Positions 1 through 10,564 of a stretch of DNA of 64,000 nucleotides are shown piece after piece. The notes under the pieces were generated by a model. The model made no database searches, was not told where the DNA came from, and saw nothing but the letters and a program-made list of their open reading frames with translations. Origin of the DNA: Spirochaetia bacterium (GTDB lineage: Bacteria > Spirochaetota > Spirochaetia > SZUA-6 > Bin103); assembly GCA_965203905.1 (NCBI GenBank), contig CBDBDQ010000005.1, positions 6,368,001 through 6,432,000 on the forward strand, given 5' to 3'. The stretch's first letter is position 1. Each line of letters starts with the position of its first letter. The position numbers were made by a program, and so were the translations under genes.

Positions 1-1
1 C

Positions 2-1447
2 TACTTCGCGCCGCTGCCGGAGTTGAGACCCTATGCGCCGCAACTCATCGTCCAGCTTCTGCGGGAGGTGGCGACCAACGGTGACGCGCGCGACCGCGAG
101 TTGGCGGAGTCGTATCTGGAGGCCTTGGCGCCGCGCACCTTCGGGGTCGCTTCCGAGTTGCCGCCGCTCCAGGTCGGCGTCCGCGCCAGCCTGGAGTCGT
201 CACCGGATCCCGCCCCGCGAATCAGGATCACCGGAGAACTAGAGTCGACCTACGTACCGGATGGGCTGTTCGCCTACTCGGCCATGCTCAGCTACTGGTG
301 GCAGAGCGGCTCCAAACGGCGACTGAGCTACACCGTCCCCCAGGTTCCCGCGCGCGGCCTGAACCTGTACGGCCGCAACGTGGGGGCCGGTGACGTGCGC
401 GCCGCGGCGACGTTCGGCGTGCCCGGCCTGCACCTGCAAGCCGGCTTCGTCCAACACGGGTTCGGTTCGGCCCTGCATGACAGCCTGGTGTTGGCGCCGG
501 GGGCGCCGGCCGCGGCCCAGCTCAGTGGCGTCTACCGCGGCGCGACATTCAGCTACAGCGCCTCGTTGCTGCAACTCGTGGCCGAGCGTGCGGTGACCAG
601 GACGGGCCGCCGGTACCTTCTCAAGTCGGGCTGCCCGGAAGCGGATGAGTGCCCGCGCAGCGTCGGCTTTCCCTCCAAGTACCTGATGCTCCACGCCTTG
701 CAATGGTATCCCCTGCCCTGGTTCAACCTGAGCCTCTTTTCGAGCTGGTTGTTCGGCGCGCGCGCCTCGCTGTATCAACTGCTGCCCACGGCTCCGGTCA
801 CCGAACCCTTTACCGGTGACTACGACAACGGGCTGACCGGCGGCTCGCTGTGGTTGCGGTTGCCGGCCGACTTCGGCGCCGGCGCGACGCTGTTCGTGGA
901 CGATTACCATCCCATCAACCGTGACGGTTCGGTGAGCCTTTTCACCAACAAGATGGCCGGGCAAGCGAACCTGTCCTGGGCCCCCTCCGGGCTGCCGGCA
1001 GTGGTGTCCGTCGATTACCTGTTCGTTTCTCCCTACACCTATACCCATTCCAGCCACCAGCCCATCAACTACCTGACCTACACCCACAAACGCCAGCCGC
1101 TCGGCACTGCTCTGCCGCCCGACTCCGACCGCTGGACCATCGCGGCACTGGTGACTCCGGTACCGCAACTCGATCTGGAACTGGCCGCGCGCCTCATCCG
1201 GCACGGCGCAGGTTCGATCTGGGACGACGGCTATGACGACGACGGCAAGGCGACGTTCGTGGGCGGAGCCCCCGACTTCCTCGACCCGGTGACGGAGACC
1301 GCGTACCAATTCGAGGTCGCAGCCAGCGGCCGGGTGCCGATCGCCAACCTGGAGTTGGCGGCGCGGATCAACTACGGGCTCGAATACCTCGAGTCGCGAA
1401 GCGCCACCGCTCACCTGTTCGGCGTCCAGGTCGGGATCAGCCTGTAA
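2..1447 (+). CDS. 5'-truncated outer-membrane beta-barrel protein, capsule-assembly Wzi-like
   Basis: Frame is open from the window edge (YFAPLPELRPY...). Motifs KYLMLH, GDYDN, LFVDD, PYTYTH and YTH..QPLG..LPPDSDRW resemble Wzi-like proteins. Amphipathic C-terminal strand VQVGISL. Confidence 0.5.
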   Translation, partial: YFAPLPELRPYAPQLIVQLLREVATNGDARDRELAESYLEALAPRTFGVASELPPLQVGVRASLESSPDPAPRIRITGELESTYVPDGLFAYSAMLSYWWQSGSKRRLSYTVPQVPARGLNLYGRNVGAGDVRAAATFGVPGLHLQAGFVQHGFGSALHDSLVLAPGAPAAAQLSGVYRGATFSYSASLLQLVAERAVTRTGRRYLLKSGCPEADECPRSVGFPSKYLMLHALQWYPLPWFNLSLFSSWLFGARASLYQLLPTAPVTEPFTGDYDNGLTGGSLWLRLPADFGAGATLFVDDYHPINRDGSVSLFTNKMAGQANLSWAPSGLPAVVSVDYLFVSPYTYTHSSHQPINYLTYTHKRQPLGTALPPDSDRWTIAALVTPVPQLDLELAARLIRHGAGSIWDDGYDDDGKATFVGGAPDFLDPVTETAYQFEVAASGRVPIANLELAARINYGLEYLESRSATAHLFGVQVGISL

Positions 1448-3807
1448 CCCGGGACGCCCCGCGGCCGCCGAGCAGCGCCGGCACCAGCACCAGGGTACCG
1501 AACGTGGCCCCGATCAGGGTCGTGGAAATCAGCACGGCGAGATACACCACCGGCAGGAAGCGGGAGAATGCCAGGGGCGCCATCCCGGCAACGATCGCGG
1601 CGGTGGTGATCAGTATGGCGCGGCCGGCGTGCTGCATCGCCACCGCCACCGCGACGCGGTGATCCCTGCGGCGGGCGCGGCGATAGTGCAGCAGAAAGTG
1701 GATCGAGTCATCGACGCCGACGCCAATGGCCACGCCGGCGAAGCTGACGGTAAGTGCGTCCAGGGGAATGCGGAACAGCGCCATCAGGATGAACGCAAGC
1801 ATGATGGCCGTGGTCAGCGGCAGCAATGCCAGCAACCCGAACCGCACGGAACGAAAGGCGACGCTGGTAATCAGCAGCACCAGCAGGATCGAGGCCACGG
1901 TGGAGACCAGTTGCTCGCGCGCGAGTATCTCCGCAACTCGCAGCGTGACCATGCTCCAGCCCCCACAACTCGGGTTCCCAATGCGCGGGAAAGGCGCGTT
2001 CGGCCCGGCTGCGCAGAAACTGCACCAGCTCCCGCATCTCATGTTCCAGCAGCAGCCATCCGGTAGTGTCGCTTCGAATCCAGATGCGCGTGGTTACGCG
2101 ACCGCGCGGAACGTCGACGAGTCCGCCGAAGTCGATCCCGCTGGCGGCGCCGAGCTTCAGAAAACGCTGAAACAGAGACACCACCGTGGGGTTCTGCGGA
2201 TAGCTTGCGCTACCGGCGACGGCGTGGTTGAGGGCGCGCAGATAGCCCACGATGGAGGTGACGTGACTGACGTAGCGATGGCCTTGCACCGACTCCTCGA
2301 AGTCGGCGAGCGCGCGCAGCAGGGAGGCGTCGCTGAGGCCTGCCGCGTCCCCGGTGGTGACGGTCAAGTTGAGATCCAGGTAACTGCCGAAGCGATCCAT
2401 CAGCACGCGGTTGTCCTCTACCGCGGGGACCGACCCACGGAAGAACCCGGCGACGTCGGTCTGATAGCGCACGCCGCCGAGCGCGGCCGCGAACGCCACC
2501 GCCAACAGCCCCAGCAGCCCGAACAACGGCCAGCGCCGGCGTACCGTGAGGCGCGTCAGAAACGCCGCAAGGGTCGCCAGCCGGCCGCGCGTCAACCGTT
2601 CCCGCTGGGCCCGGGTCGGCAGCGGCAACAGTGCCAGCACGGCGGGATAGAGCAGCAGGGTCACCAGCGCGCAGATCAGAATGCCGGCGGCGGCGAACAG
2701 CCCGAACTCGCGTACCCGCGGCATGCCGCTGACCAGGAGGCTGGTGAATCCGGCAGCCGTGGTAAGGGAGGCCAGCACGACGGTCTGGCTGGCGCTGCCG
2801 GTGGCCCGCGCTACCAGGTCCCTCCTGATGGCCCCGGGAGCCTCGGTCGCGACCCGCGGGCGTGACGGTCCCGGCGCAGCGCCGGCGGCCGCGCCGAAGT
2901 AGCGGTTCATGAGGTGCACGCTGTACGAGCTGCCCAGGGCGAAGATCAGCGGCGGCAACATCAGGCTGGAGAGGCTCAGCGGCACACCGGCAAGCGCCAT
3001 CAGGCCCAGCGTCCAGAGCAGCGCCATGCCGATGGCCAGCAGTGGCAGCGCAACCGCGCGCAGGGTGGCGAAACTCAGCAGACACACCAGCAGGGTGATC
3101 AGCGCAGCGAGTCCGCCCAGCAACGGCAGTTCCCTGACGATGTAGCTGCGCGTGATTTCGTACACCGGCAACCAGCCACCCACGCGAATCGACAGTGCCT
3201 CCCCATGGGCGGCGATGACCGCACGCACGCGCTGCAACAGCGAGTCGTAGTTCTCCTGCGGTACCACCGAATACACCAGGTTCAGCGCCGGCACCTCGGC
3301 ATTGAACAGCGCCGCCACCGGCGGCGGAGCGGCGGACACGCGTTCGCGCCAGCGAGCCAGCTCCGCGCCGTCGACCGGCACCGTGCCCGCGGGTGCCAGC
3401 GGGCCCAGCAGCAGCCGCCCCCGATTGCGCTGGAAGGTGCGCAGGTTGAACGGCGTAAGTCTGTCCCGTACTTCCGGCAGTTCACTCAGGCGGCTGTCGA
3501 TTGCGGCGACCTGCGCCAGCCGCTCGGGATCCAGCAGCGCGGGGTGGCTCACTCCCACCAGCAACAGCTCACTGACCGCCGCGGGGTCGGTGTACTTGTC
3601 GACCAGCCGGCGGGTCGCGGAGTCGCGCGGCAGCAGGCCGGCGATATCGGCATCCACCCGCAGCCCGAATGCCAGCCAGGCGCTCAGCACGGTAACCACA
3701 CACAACACGCTCAGCACCGCGAACGGATGGCGCGCCACGCGCCCGGCCAACTCCTGAAACAGGAGTTCCGAGGCACCCCCCAAGCGGCGTCGCGGCGTGG
3801 TCGTCAC
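1437..3807 (-). CDS. MMPL/RND family transporter, split by a +1 frameshift at the C5 run 1960-1964
   Basis: Two MMPL repeats (ALGSSYSVHL...SLTTAAGF; GVGVDDSIHF...ITTAAIVAG). ORF 1708..3807 changes frame into ORF 1437..2042 at EPELWG|WSMVTL. Confidence 0.85.
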
Positions 3808-3869
3808 CGGCTTCCGCGGGAGTTCGGTCCCGCACCGAGGGGCGCGCGGATGGTAAGGTGGGGGCAGCC

Positions 3870-4637
3870 ATGAGCAGGCGTTCCCCGGAGCGCGTCTGGC
3901 AGCAGGATCGGCGGGCGTTCGCCACCCGTTCCCGGCGCCGGCTGCACATCCGTCCCTACCAGCGCCGCGACCGCGCTCGAATTCGGCGCATCATCTGCGC
4001 CACGGCACTGCGCGGCCGGCCGCTTTCCGCGTTCTTCGAAGACGAGCGGGTACTGGTGAAGCTGTTCCTGGATTACTACCTGAGCTACGAGCCGGAGTCC
4101 TGCTTCGTGGCCGAGAGCGAGGGCCGCGTGGTGGGCTACATCCTGGGTTGCAAGGATTCGCGCCGCTACCTGCGGGTAGTGGTGTTCCGCTACGGGCCGC
4201 AGCTCCTGGCACGACTCCTGTTGCGGCTGCTCACCGGCCGTTACCGGCGCCTGAGCACCTACCGTACGCTGTGGTGGGCCCTGGCACGAGCCTGGCGTGA
4301 GGTCCCGGCAGCGGATCTGCGGCGCTTTCCGGCCCACGTGCATCTCGGCGTCGATCAGGAATTGCGGAGCCAGGGATTCGCCTTCTACCGGTGCATGGTA
4401 CGCCTCGGCGACGCACTGATCCGCGACCTGCGCGCCCGCGGCGTACCCGGCCTGCATGGACAGATCGCCGAACCCGGTAATCAAGACTTCCTGTCCGGTC
4501 GCATCCAGACCCTGTACGGGTGCCGGATCGCCGCCCGGCGTCGGTTCTCGCTCTGGTCCCGGATCACCCGTGAACCGTGGTACCTCAAGCTGGTGACCTT
4601 GAATCTGGAAGGTGATCGGAGCGACCGGCGCGCCTGA
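3870..4637 (+). CDS. GNAT-family N-acetyltransferase
   Basis: YYLSYEPESCFVAESEGRVVGYILGC, and PAHVHLGVDQELRSQG resembling the acetyl-CoA binding loop. Confidence 0.75.
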   Translation: MSRRSPERVWQQDRRAFATRSRRRLHIRPYQRRDRARIRRIICATALRGRPLSAFFEDERVLVKLFLDYYLSYEPESCFVAESEGRVVGYILGCKDSRRYLRVVVFRYGPQLLARLLLRLLTGRYRRLSTYRTLWWALARAWREVPAADLRRFPAHVHLGVDQELRSQGFAFYRCMVRLGDALIRDLRARGVPGLHGQIAEPGNQDFLSGRIQTLYGCRIAARRRFSLWSRITREPWYLKLVTLNLEGDRSDRRA

Positions 4638-4715
4638 ACTCGGTCGCCGCCGGCAGCGACCTTCAACGCGCAGCTGGCCGGCCGGAAGTAAGGGGCCGGA
4701 TTCGGTTCAGGGGCA

Positions 4716-5991
4716 TCAGGCCGCTGCCAGATACCGTTCGATGGTAGTGACGGCGCGGTCTACGCCGTCCTCGGCGCGGATCCGCTCGCGGGCGGCGCGC
4801 GCCGCCTGCCGCAGCGAGCGTGCTGGCGGCGGCCAACTCGATGGACGAGCCGAGATTGTCCGGGCGCAGTTCGCGCCACCTGAGGGGCGGCGGCGCCACT
4901 CCCAACTCGGTCAGCCGCCGCGCCCAGAAGAACTGATCGGCGAACCCCGGCACGACCACCGACGGAACCCCGGCCCGCAGGGAGGCAGCGCTGGTGCCGG
5001 CGCCGCCCGGATGCACGATCGCCGCCACCCGCTCGAAGAGGTAGTCGTGGGGCGCCGAGTCGAGCACCAGCATATCGCTGCCGTGGCGCCCCGGCTGCAG
5101 CGCACCCCACCCCTGCAGCAGAATGCCGCGCCGGCCTGCCCGGCGCAGCGCGCTGACCACCGTGTCCGTCAGGGCGGCCGGGTCCCCTACCTTGAGGCTG
5201 CTGAACCCTACGCACACCGGCGGCGGACCGGAGGCAAGGAACTCCTCCAACTCCGGCGCAACCGGCCACAGGCGACGCGTAGCGGGAAACCAGTATCCGG
5301 TCACGTGGGCCCAGGCCGGCCAGTCATCCGGCGGCGGCACCACCGCGGGGCTGAAGCCGTACAGATGCGGCGTGCGGCGGCGCCGGAGCTCCGGTCCGAT
5401 GCCGCTCCATGGCAGCGGCGGCAAGTCGAGCAACTCCCGGCGCATCCGGTTGAACTGGCGCTTCCAGGGCTGCCAGAAGGCCTGCTCCGTGGCCAGATGG
5501 CTGATCCGGTTGTAGCCGCGGCCCAGCCGCACCCGCGCCGGCGCCAGCACGCTGGGGAACTGGGCGGTCGGCATGAGCGGCTGCAAGGAAGCGAGGAAGG
5601 TCGGAATCCCAAGCCTTTCGCCCACGTGATGGGCCATCATTCCGAGCGCCGTGAAGACCACGGCGTCGGCATCCCGGCAGGCGTCACCGGCCGCCTGCCC
5701 CAGGCGCGGAATGGCCGGGCGCGCCACCCGCACCAATCCGGCCATGAAGCGCAGCGGGTTGTTGCGCGACGCCAGCCAGGAGTGGCCGCGGGCGCCGCTG
5801 AACAGCTCCACCGGATCCAGCGGCATGGCCGCGTACTCCAGGCCGTGGCCCAGCACGAACCGGCGATAGTGAACATGGGTCGCGACACGCACGTGGTGGC
5901 CGGCGCGGGTGAGCCCCGCGCCCAGTGCGCACAAGGGCAGCACGTCGCCCAGCGTGCCCAGGGTCACGATGCTAACCCTCACGTCGCCCAC
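4716..5991 (-). CDS. GT1/GT28 glycosyltransferase (sterol 3-beta-glucosyltransferase-like), probable frameshift near 4820
   Basis: GTLGDVLP at the N-terminus; HPGGAGT...AGVPSVVVPGFADQFFW UDP-sugar motif. The canonical end RERIRAEDGVDRAVTTIERYLAAA* lies in another frame (stop at 4716). Confidence 0.85.
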
Positions 5992-6071
5992 CTTAGCCTT
6001 AACCGCCAGCCGCTGGCGAGGACGCCCGCCCCCGGTTGCCGCGCCGGACGTGCCGCGGCAACACTGGCCGA

Positions 6072-7070
6072 GTGGGTGCGACCGGGAACGGCTCTTACCA
6101 ACATGTCTACTTCTCTCCGCACCTGGATGACGTGGTCCTGTCGTGCGCCGGCCGCATCGCCCGCCAGACTGCAGCGGGCGACCGGGTCCTGGTCGTTACC
6201 GTCTTCGCAGGTTGCGGGGACGACGCGGAACCGCCAGCCAACGCCGACTCCCCGCTCTGGGCTCCGTTTCAGGACGTTGCCGCGCGCCGGCGCGAAGATC
6301 GACGCGCGCTGCAGACACTCGCCGCCGATCACCGCTGGCTCGACTACCCGGATGCGATCCAGCGTCACCGCCGCTATGCGTCGGTGACGCGCATCACGGC
6401 TCCGCTGCCACGCCGTGAAGCGCCGCTGCTGGCGCGAGTGGCGGCCTCCGTAGCGGAGGTGAGCCGGCAACACCCGGCCGCGATGCTCTACTTCCCTTTG
6501 GGAATCGGTAACCACGTGGACCATCAGATGGTGGCCGCAGTCGGCCTCGATCGGCAACGGACTGGTTCTCCCCGGTCACGCGCGACCTTATTCTACGAGG
6601 ATACGCCCTATGTGTGCATCCCCCATCTGCTGGACCAGCGCTTCCAACTGGTGGGGATCGATGCTCCGGCAGGATCGCAACGGCCGGTTTTGGCACGTGC
6701 CCGCGAAACCTGCGCCGCGCTGTGGGCGGCTCCCGAACTCGGTCGCCACCTCCGCGACCGGGGGCCGGTCGCACGGATCCTGCTGTTCGCGTATCTTGTA
6801 GCGCGGTTCGCCCGCGCCGACGCCGGGGCGCGGCGCCGCAAGTGGCTCATCCTGAGCCCCGAGCCGGTCCGGATCGCCGCCTTCTTCGAGACCAAGATCG
6901 CCGCCATCGGCTGCTATCGGTCTCAGGTGCGGGCGCTGTTCGGAAACCTGGAGGAGCTCCGGCGCGTGCTGCGTTCCTGCGCGCCCGGCGGCGGCCGGGA
7001 AGCGTTGCAGGAACGTTGCTGGCGGCCGGCGCGAGAGCCGGACGCCTTTGGTGGAGGAGTCAACCGATGA
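6072..7070 (+). CDS. PIG-L/LmbE family deacetylase
   Basis: SPHLDDVVLS, RRREDRRA, GNHVDH, FYEDTPY, K..AIGCYRSQ. Confidence 0.85.
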   Translation: MGATGNGSYQHVYFSPHLDDVVLSCAGRIARQTAAGDRVLVVTVFAGCGDDAEPPANADSPLWAPFQDVAARRREDRRALQTLAADHRWLDYPDAIQRHRRYASVTRITAPLPRREAPLLARVAASVAEVSRQHPAAMLYFPLGIGNHVDHQMVAAVGLDRQRTGSPRSRATLFYEDTPYVCIPHLLDQRFQLVGIDAPAGSQRPVLARARETCAALWAAPELGRHLRDRGPVARILLFAYLVARFARADAGARRRKWLILSPEPVRIAAFFETKIAAIGCYRSQVRALFGNLEELRRVLRSCAPGGGREALQERCWRPAREPDAFGGGVNR

Positions 7071-8353
7071 ATTCAGCCAGCGCCGAGCGCCGTGCTCGCG
7101 TGACCGCAGTGGAGCGCACCCGACTCTGGGTGCCGTTCGTGGAGCGCATCGCCCGCGACATGGAGCGGGCCGGGATCCATACCTGGTCGGAGATCGAGCT
7201 GATCGAGGTGCAGACCGACGCCGGCGTGAGCGGCTGGGGTGAGACGATCGAGAACTACACCTGGGGGCGCGCGGCAGCCGACGAGCGGGTCATCGGCCGT
7301 GCGCCGCTGGAGCTGATCTGGGACGACAGCCTGGGTGCCGGCCTGCAGATGGCGTTGCTCGACGCCACCGGTAAGCTGGCGCAGGTTCCCGTGCACGCGC
7401 TCCTGGGGCAGCAAGTCCGAAACGCCTGCCCACTGTCGTTCTGGGACCACGACATGGCGCCCGACCGCTACGCCGCCGAAGCGCGCGAGGCGGTGCGCCT
7501 CGGTTACACCTGCATGAAGATCAAGACGCGCCCGTGGTGGGACGTTCGCGACACGGTGCAGCGTATCTCCGCCGCCACGCCCGACTGGTTCGCCATCGAC
7601 GCCGACTGGAACGATTTCCTGATCGACGCCTCCACCGCCCTGCCGGTGCTGCAGGAACTGGAGCAGGCGTTCCCCAAGATCAAGATCTTCGAAGGCCCGA
7701 TCCGGGCCACCGATCTGGAGGGCAATCGGCGCTTGCGGGCACAGCTCCGTACCGCCGTCGCGCACCACTACGGGGCGGTGCCGCCCCACGCCGCCATCGC
7801 CCGCGGCTACTGCGACGGGTTCGTGGTGGGCGGCGGCGTCTCCGCGACCATGGCCGCGGCCACGGTAGCCAAGACCGCCAACATGCCGGTCTTCCTGCAG
7901 ATGGTGGGAACCGGGCTTACGGCCGCCCTCAGCCTGCACCTGGGAGCGGTACTGCCGGCCGCCCGCTGGCCGGCGGTGACCTGCCACGAGCTGTACCAGC
8001 ACTGCCTGCTGACCCGACGCCTCCCCGTCACCGGAGGTTACGCCGCGGTTCCCGAGGCTCCCGGCCTCGGCGTGGAGGTGGATCGCGAGGCGCTGGAGCG
8101 CTATCGGATCGCAAGCGTCGACCTGGCGCTGCCGCGACGGCTGATCCGCTACCGCAGAGCCTCCGGCGTCAGCGTGTACTTCACCGCCCACGCCCGTCCC
8201 GGTACCCAGATGTGGCAATACTTCGCCAGCGGAAACCAGCCGCCGTACGAGGGGGAAGTCTTCACCGAGCTGCTGGATGACGACGGCAGCGAGGCGTTCG
8301 CGCGCCTCTATGCGCGCGCGGAGCAGGCCCCCGTCCTCACCTCGGAACGATAG
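7067..8353 (+). CDS. Mandelate racemase/muconate lactonizing (enolase superfamily) enzyme
   Basis: VQTDAGVSGWGE, ALLDATGK...PVHALLG, KIK motif, VPEAPGLGVEVD. ATGA overlap with the PIG-L gene and a GGAGG SD. Confidence 0.85.
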   Translation: MNSASAERRARVTAVERTRLWVPFVERIARDMERAGIHTWSEIELIEVQTDAGVSGWGETIENYTWGRAAADERVIGRAPLELIWDDSLGAGLQMALLDATGKLAQVPVHALLGQQVRNACPLSFWDHDMAPDRYAAEAREAVRLGYTCMKIKTRPWWDVRDTVQRISAATPDWFAIDADWNDFLIDASTALPVLQELEQAFPKIKIFEGPIRATDLEGNRRLRAQLRTAVAHHYGAVPPHAAIARGYCDGFVVGGGVSATMAAATVAKTANMPVFLQMVGTGLTAALSLHLGAVLPAARWPAVTCHELYQHCLLTRRLPVTGGYAAVPEAPGLGVEVDREALERYRIASVDLALPRRLIRYRRASGVSVYFTAHARPGTQMWQYFASGNQPPYEGEVFTELLDDDGSEAFARLYARAEQAPVLTSER

Positions 8354-8635
8354 CGATAGGTAGTGCATCGCTCCTGGGATGGGGACCGGTGCACCGGACC
8401 CTCGGCTGGTGCACTGGGAGTCCGGGCTACTGGAAGATCTCATCACATAGCTTTACGCGTTCTCTTGGCCACCGAGGCGGTAGCGACCAAGTTGTGGCAC
8501 ACCGCTTGATCGAGCGATACCTCGGTGACGTCACCATTCAGCCCAAGGGCCTGCCGGCGCACCACTTGCCAGAAACCACCTGCAAGCATGGGCGACAACC
8601 GGCCGTTGTAACGCTATAGTACCAGGAGGTGATTG

Positions 8636-9046
8636 GTGAGTGATCTCGTCATGACGCTGAGTGACGCCGACCTGCAACACATCGGCCGCTACGTGCGGGC
8701 CGAACTGCCCGGCTGGCTCAACGAGTTGGGGCCGTGGGCGCTGGGCAGCCAGCTCATGGAACGCATGGTTCGGGTCGAGGAGGAGCTGAAGGCGCAGCGT
8801 GAGATTCTGCTGACTCACGTGGAGACCAGTGACCGCCGTTTCGACGACGTGAACCGACGCTTCGAGGATGTCAACCAGCGCTTCGAAGATGTCAACAAAC
8901 GGTTCGACGACGTCAACCAGCGGTTCGAGGATGTGAACAAACGGTTCGACGACAACAACAAGCGCCATACGACAACGCAATGGGCCGTGGGCGTCGGCTT
9001 CGTCGCGCTCACTGCGCTGGTAACGGTGTATCAGTTCCTGGGGTGA
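8636..9046 (+). CDS. Small coiled-coil protein with heptad repeats and a C-terminal membrane anchor
   Basis: AGGAGGT SD; six RF(D/E)DVN(R/Q/K)-type heptads; hydrophobic C-terminus WAVGVGFVALTALVTVYQFLG. Confidence 0.8.
   Translation: MSDLVMTLSDADLQHIGRYVRAELPGWLNELGPWALGSQLMERMVRVEEELKAQREILLTHVETSDRRFDDVNRRFEDVNQRFEDVNKRFDDVNQRFEDVNKRFDDNNKRHTTTQWAVGVGFVALTALVTVYQFLG
8837..8962. repeat. Six imperfect 21-bp coding tandem repeats
   Basis: CGN TTC GAN GAY GTN AAC NNN repeated six times. Confidence 0.9.
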
Positions 9047-9081
9047 CGCGAAACGGGTAGCGATCTCCGCACTGCCGCGGC

Positions 9082-9777
9082 TCAGCGATGGTGCAGGTGA
9101 TGGTGCCCCGCTACGCCCCAGGCCGGCGGGCCGTGACGCTTTCCGAGCGCGGTGCAGGCGGCACGCACCCAGGCCGCGACCCGGTCGACGCCGGCGCCGG
9201 TCTTCAGGTTGGTGGTCACGAACGGCAGGTCGCCGCGGGCGGCACGCACGTCGGCCGCCATCCGCTCCAGGTCCACCTCGACGTAGGGAGCCAGGTCCAC
9301 CTTGTTGACCACCAGCAGGTCGCTGCGGGTTATGCCGAGCCCGCCCTTGCGCGGGATGTCGCCCCCTTGCGCCACGTCGATGACGTAGATCTGATAGTCC
9401 ACCAGGTCGGGGCTGAAGCTGGCGGCCAGGTTGTCGCCGCCGCTCTCGATGAACGCCACGCGGGCATCCGCGAATCGCTGCCGCAGCCGTTCCAGGGCGT
9501 CGGCGTTGAGGGAAATGTCGTCGCGTACCGCGGCATGCGGGCACCCGCCGGTCTCCACCCCCACGATGCGTCCGTCACCCAGTGCCCCGGCCCGAATCAG
9601 GAAGTCGGCGTCCTCGCGCGAGTAGATGTCGTTGGTGATGGCGATGATGGAGTGGTCGCATCCCAGCGTCTGGCACAGGCGCAGCAGCAGGTGGCTCTTG
9701 CCGGAGCCCACCGGTCCGCCGATGCCGAAGCGCACAAGCTCAGGGTGATGATGGTGGTTGCCGTGGTTCAGGTCCAT
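9082..9777 (-). CDS. ureG: Urease accessory GTPase UreG with His-rich termini
   Basis: [32 protein letters not shown]. Confidence 0.95.
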   Translation of the reverse strand: MDLNHGNHHHHPELVRFGIGGPVGSGKSHLLLRLCQTLGCDHSIIAITNDIYSREDADFLIRAGALGDGRIVGVETGGCPHAAVRDDISLNADALERLRQRFADARVAFIESGGDNLAASFSPDLVDYQIYVIDVAQGGDIPRKGGLGITRSDLLVVNKVDLAPYVEVDLERMAADVRAARGDLPFVTTNLKTGAGVDRVAAWVRAACTALGKRHGPPAWGVAGHHHLHHR

Positions 9778-9789
9778 TCCGTTCTCTCC

Positions 9790-10548
9790 TCAACTGCGGA
9801 AATAGCGCGCCGCCAGCTCGCCGTGGCCAAGCACGGCCAGGTCCCACCCGGGAGTGATTGCGGCCAGGGGGCGACGCGTGCCGATGACCCCGTGTGCCAG
9901 CTCGGCCAGCTCGTGCAGCAGGCCGCCGACCACCGCCAGAGCCGCGGACTGGCCGATGGGAACGGTACGCATCGCCACCTGCGTCCATTGGCGTACGGTG
10001 TTCAGCAGGTATGCCTGCACCAGGGCCTCGCCCTCGAGGTCCAGCGCACCGCCCACGAAGCCCCACGCCACCGGGTGCTGCAGCCGCTGCTCGCTGTCCC
10101 GCGTGGTCTCCACCACGGCGCGGTAGGAGCTGCTCCGACGCAGGCCGGCGAACGCCGCTCCGGCGGCGGTCAGCAGCGAGCGTCCCAGTTGGCCGGCGGC
10201 CGCCCGCGCTTCCCGCGAGGGCAGGAAGCTCGCCACCTCGTCGCTCAGCCGCGCCAGGCGCCGCGCAACGCGCCGCTCCGCCGGAACGGGGTCGCGCCCG
10301 GTGTCCGGTGCGGTGCGCCCCCCTGCCTGGTGTTCGCGGGTGAGCAGCCGGGCGCGTGCCACCGCGCGGCCCTCCAGCGGCGCCACGCCGTAGCGCACGG
10401 CATCGCCGATCCAGGCGGCCAGACTGGCGCTGTCGGTTACCGAGCCGTTGCGGATCGCCCACTCCAGCCCCCAGGAGTGGGCGAAGGCGCCGGTGGGGAA
10501 GGCGCTGTCGGCCAGCACCAGGACCCGGTTGAGCTGGTGGGCGTCCAT
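9790..10548 (-). CDS. ureF: Urease accessory protein UreF
   Basis: LADSAFPTGAFAHSWGLE, PIGQS, C-terminal H....RYFRS. Confidence 0.92.
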   Translation of the reverse strand: MDAHQLNRVLVLADSAFPTGAFAHSWGLEWAIRNGSVTDSASLAAWIGDAVRYGVAPLEGRAVARARLLTREHQAGGRTAPDTGRDPVPAERRVARRLARLSDEVASFLPSREARAAAGQLGRSLLTAAGAAFAGLRRSSSYRAVVETTRDSEQRLQHPVAWGFVGGALDLEGEALVQAYLLNTVRQWTQVAMRTVPIGQSAALAVVGGLLHELAELAHGVIGTRRPLAAITPGWDLAVLGHGELAARYFRS

Positions 10549-10564
10549 GCGATGCCGCCGACTC

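Noticed and set aside
8588-8602. GGCGACAACC near both heptad-repeat genes (also ~25416 and ~25985)
   Set aside because: Short, inconsistent orientation relative to the genes, likely chance.
8837-8962. Possible CRISPR array (also 25627-25752)
   Set aside because: Contiguous 21-bp units with no spacers, in frame within ORFs; no cas genes.
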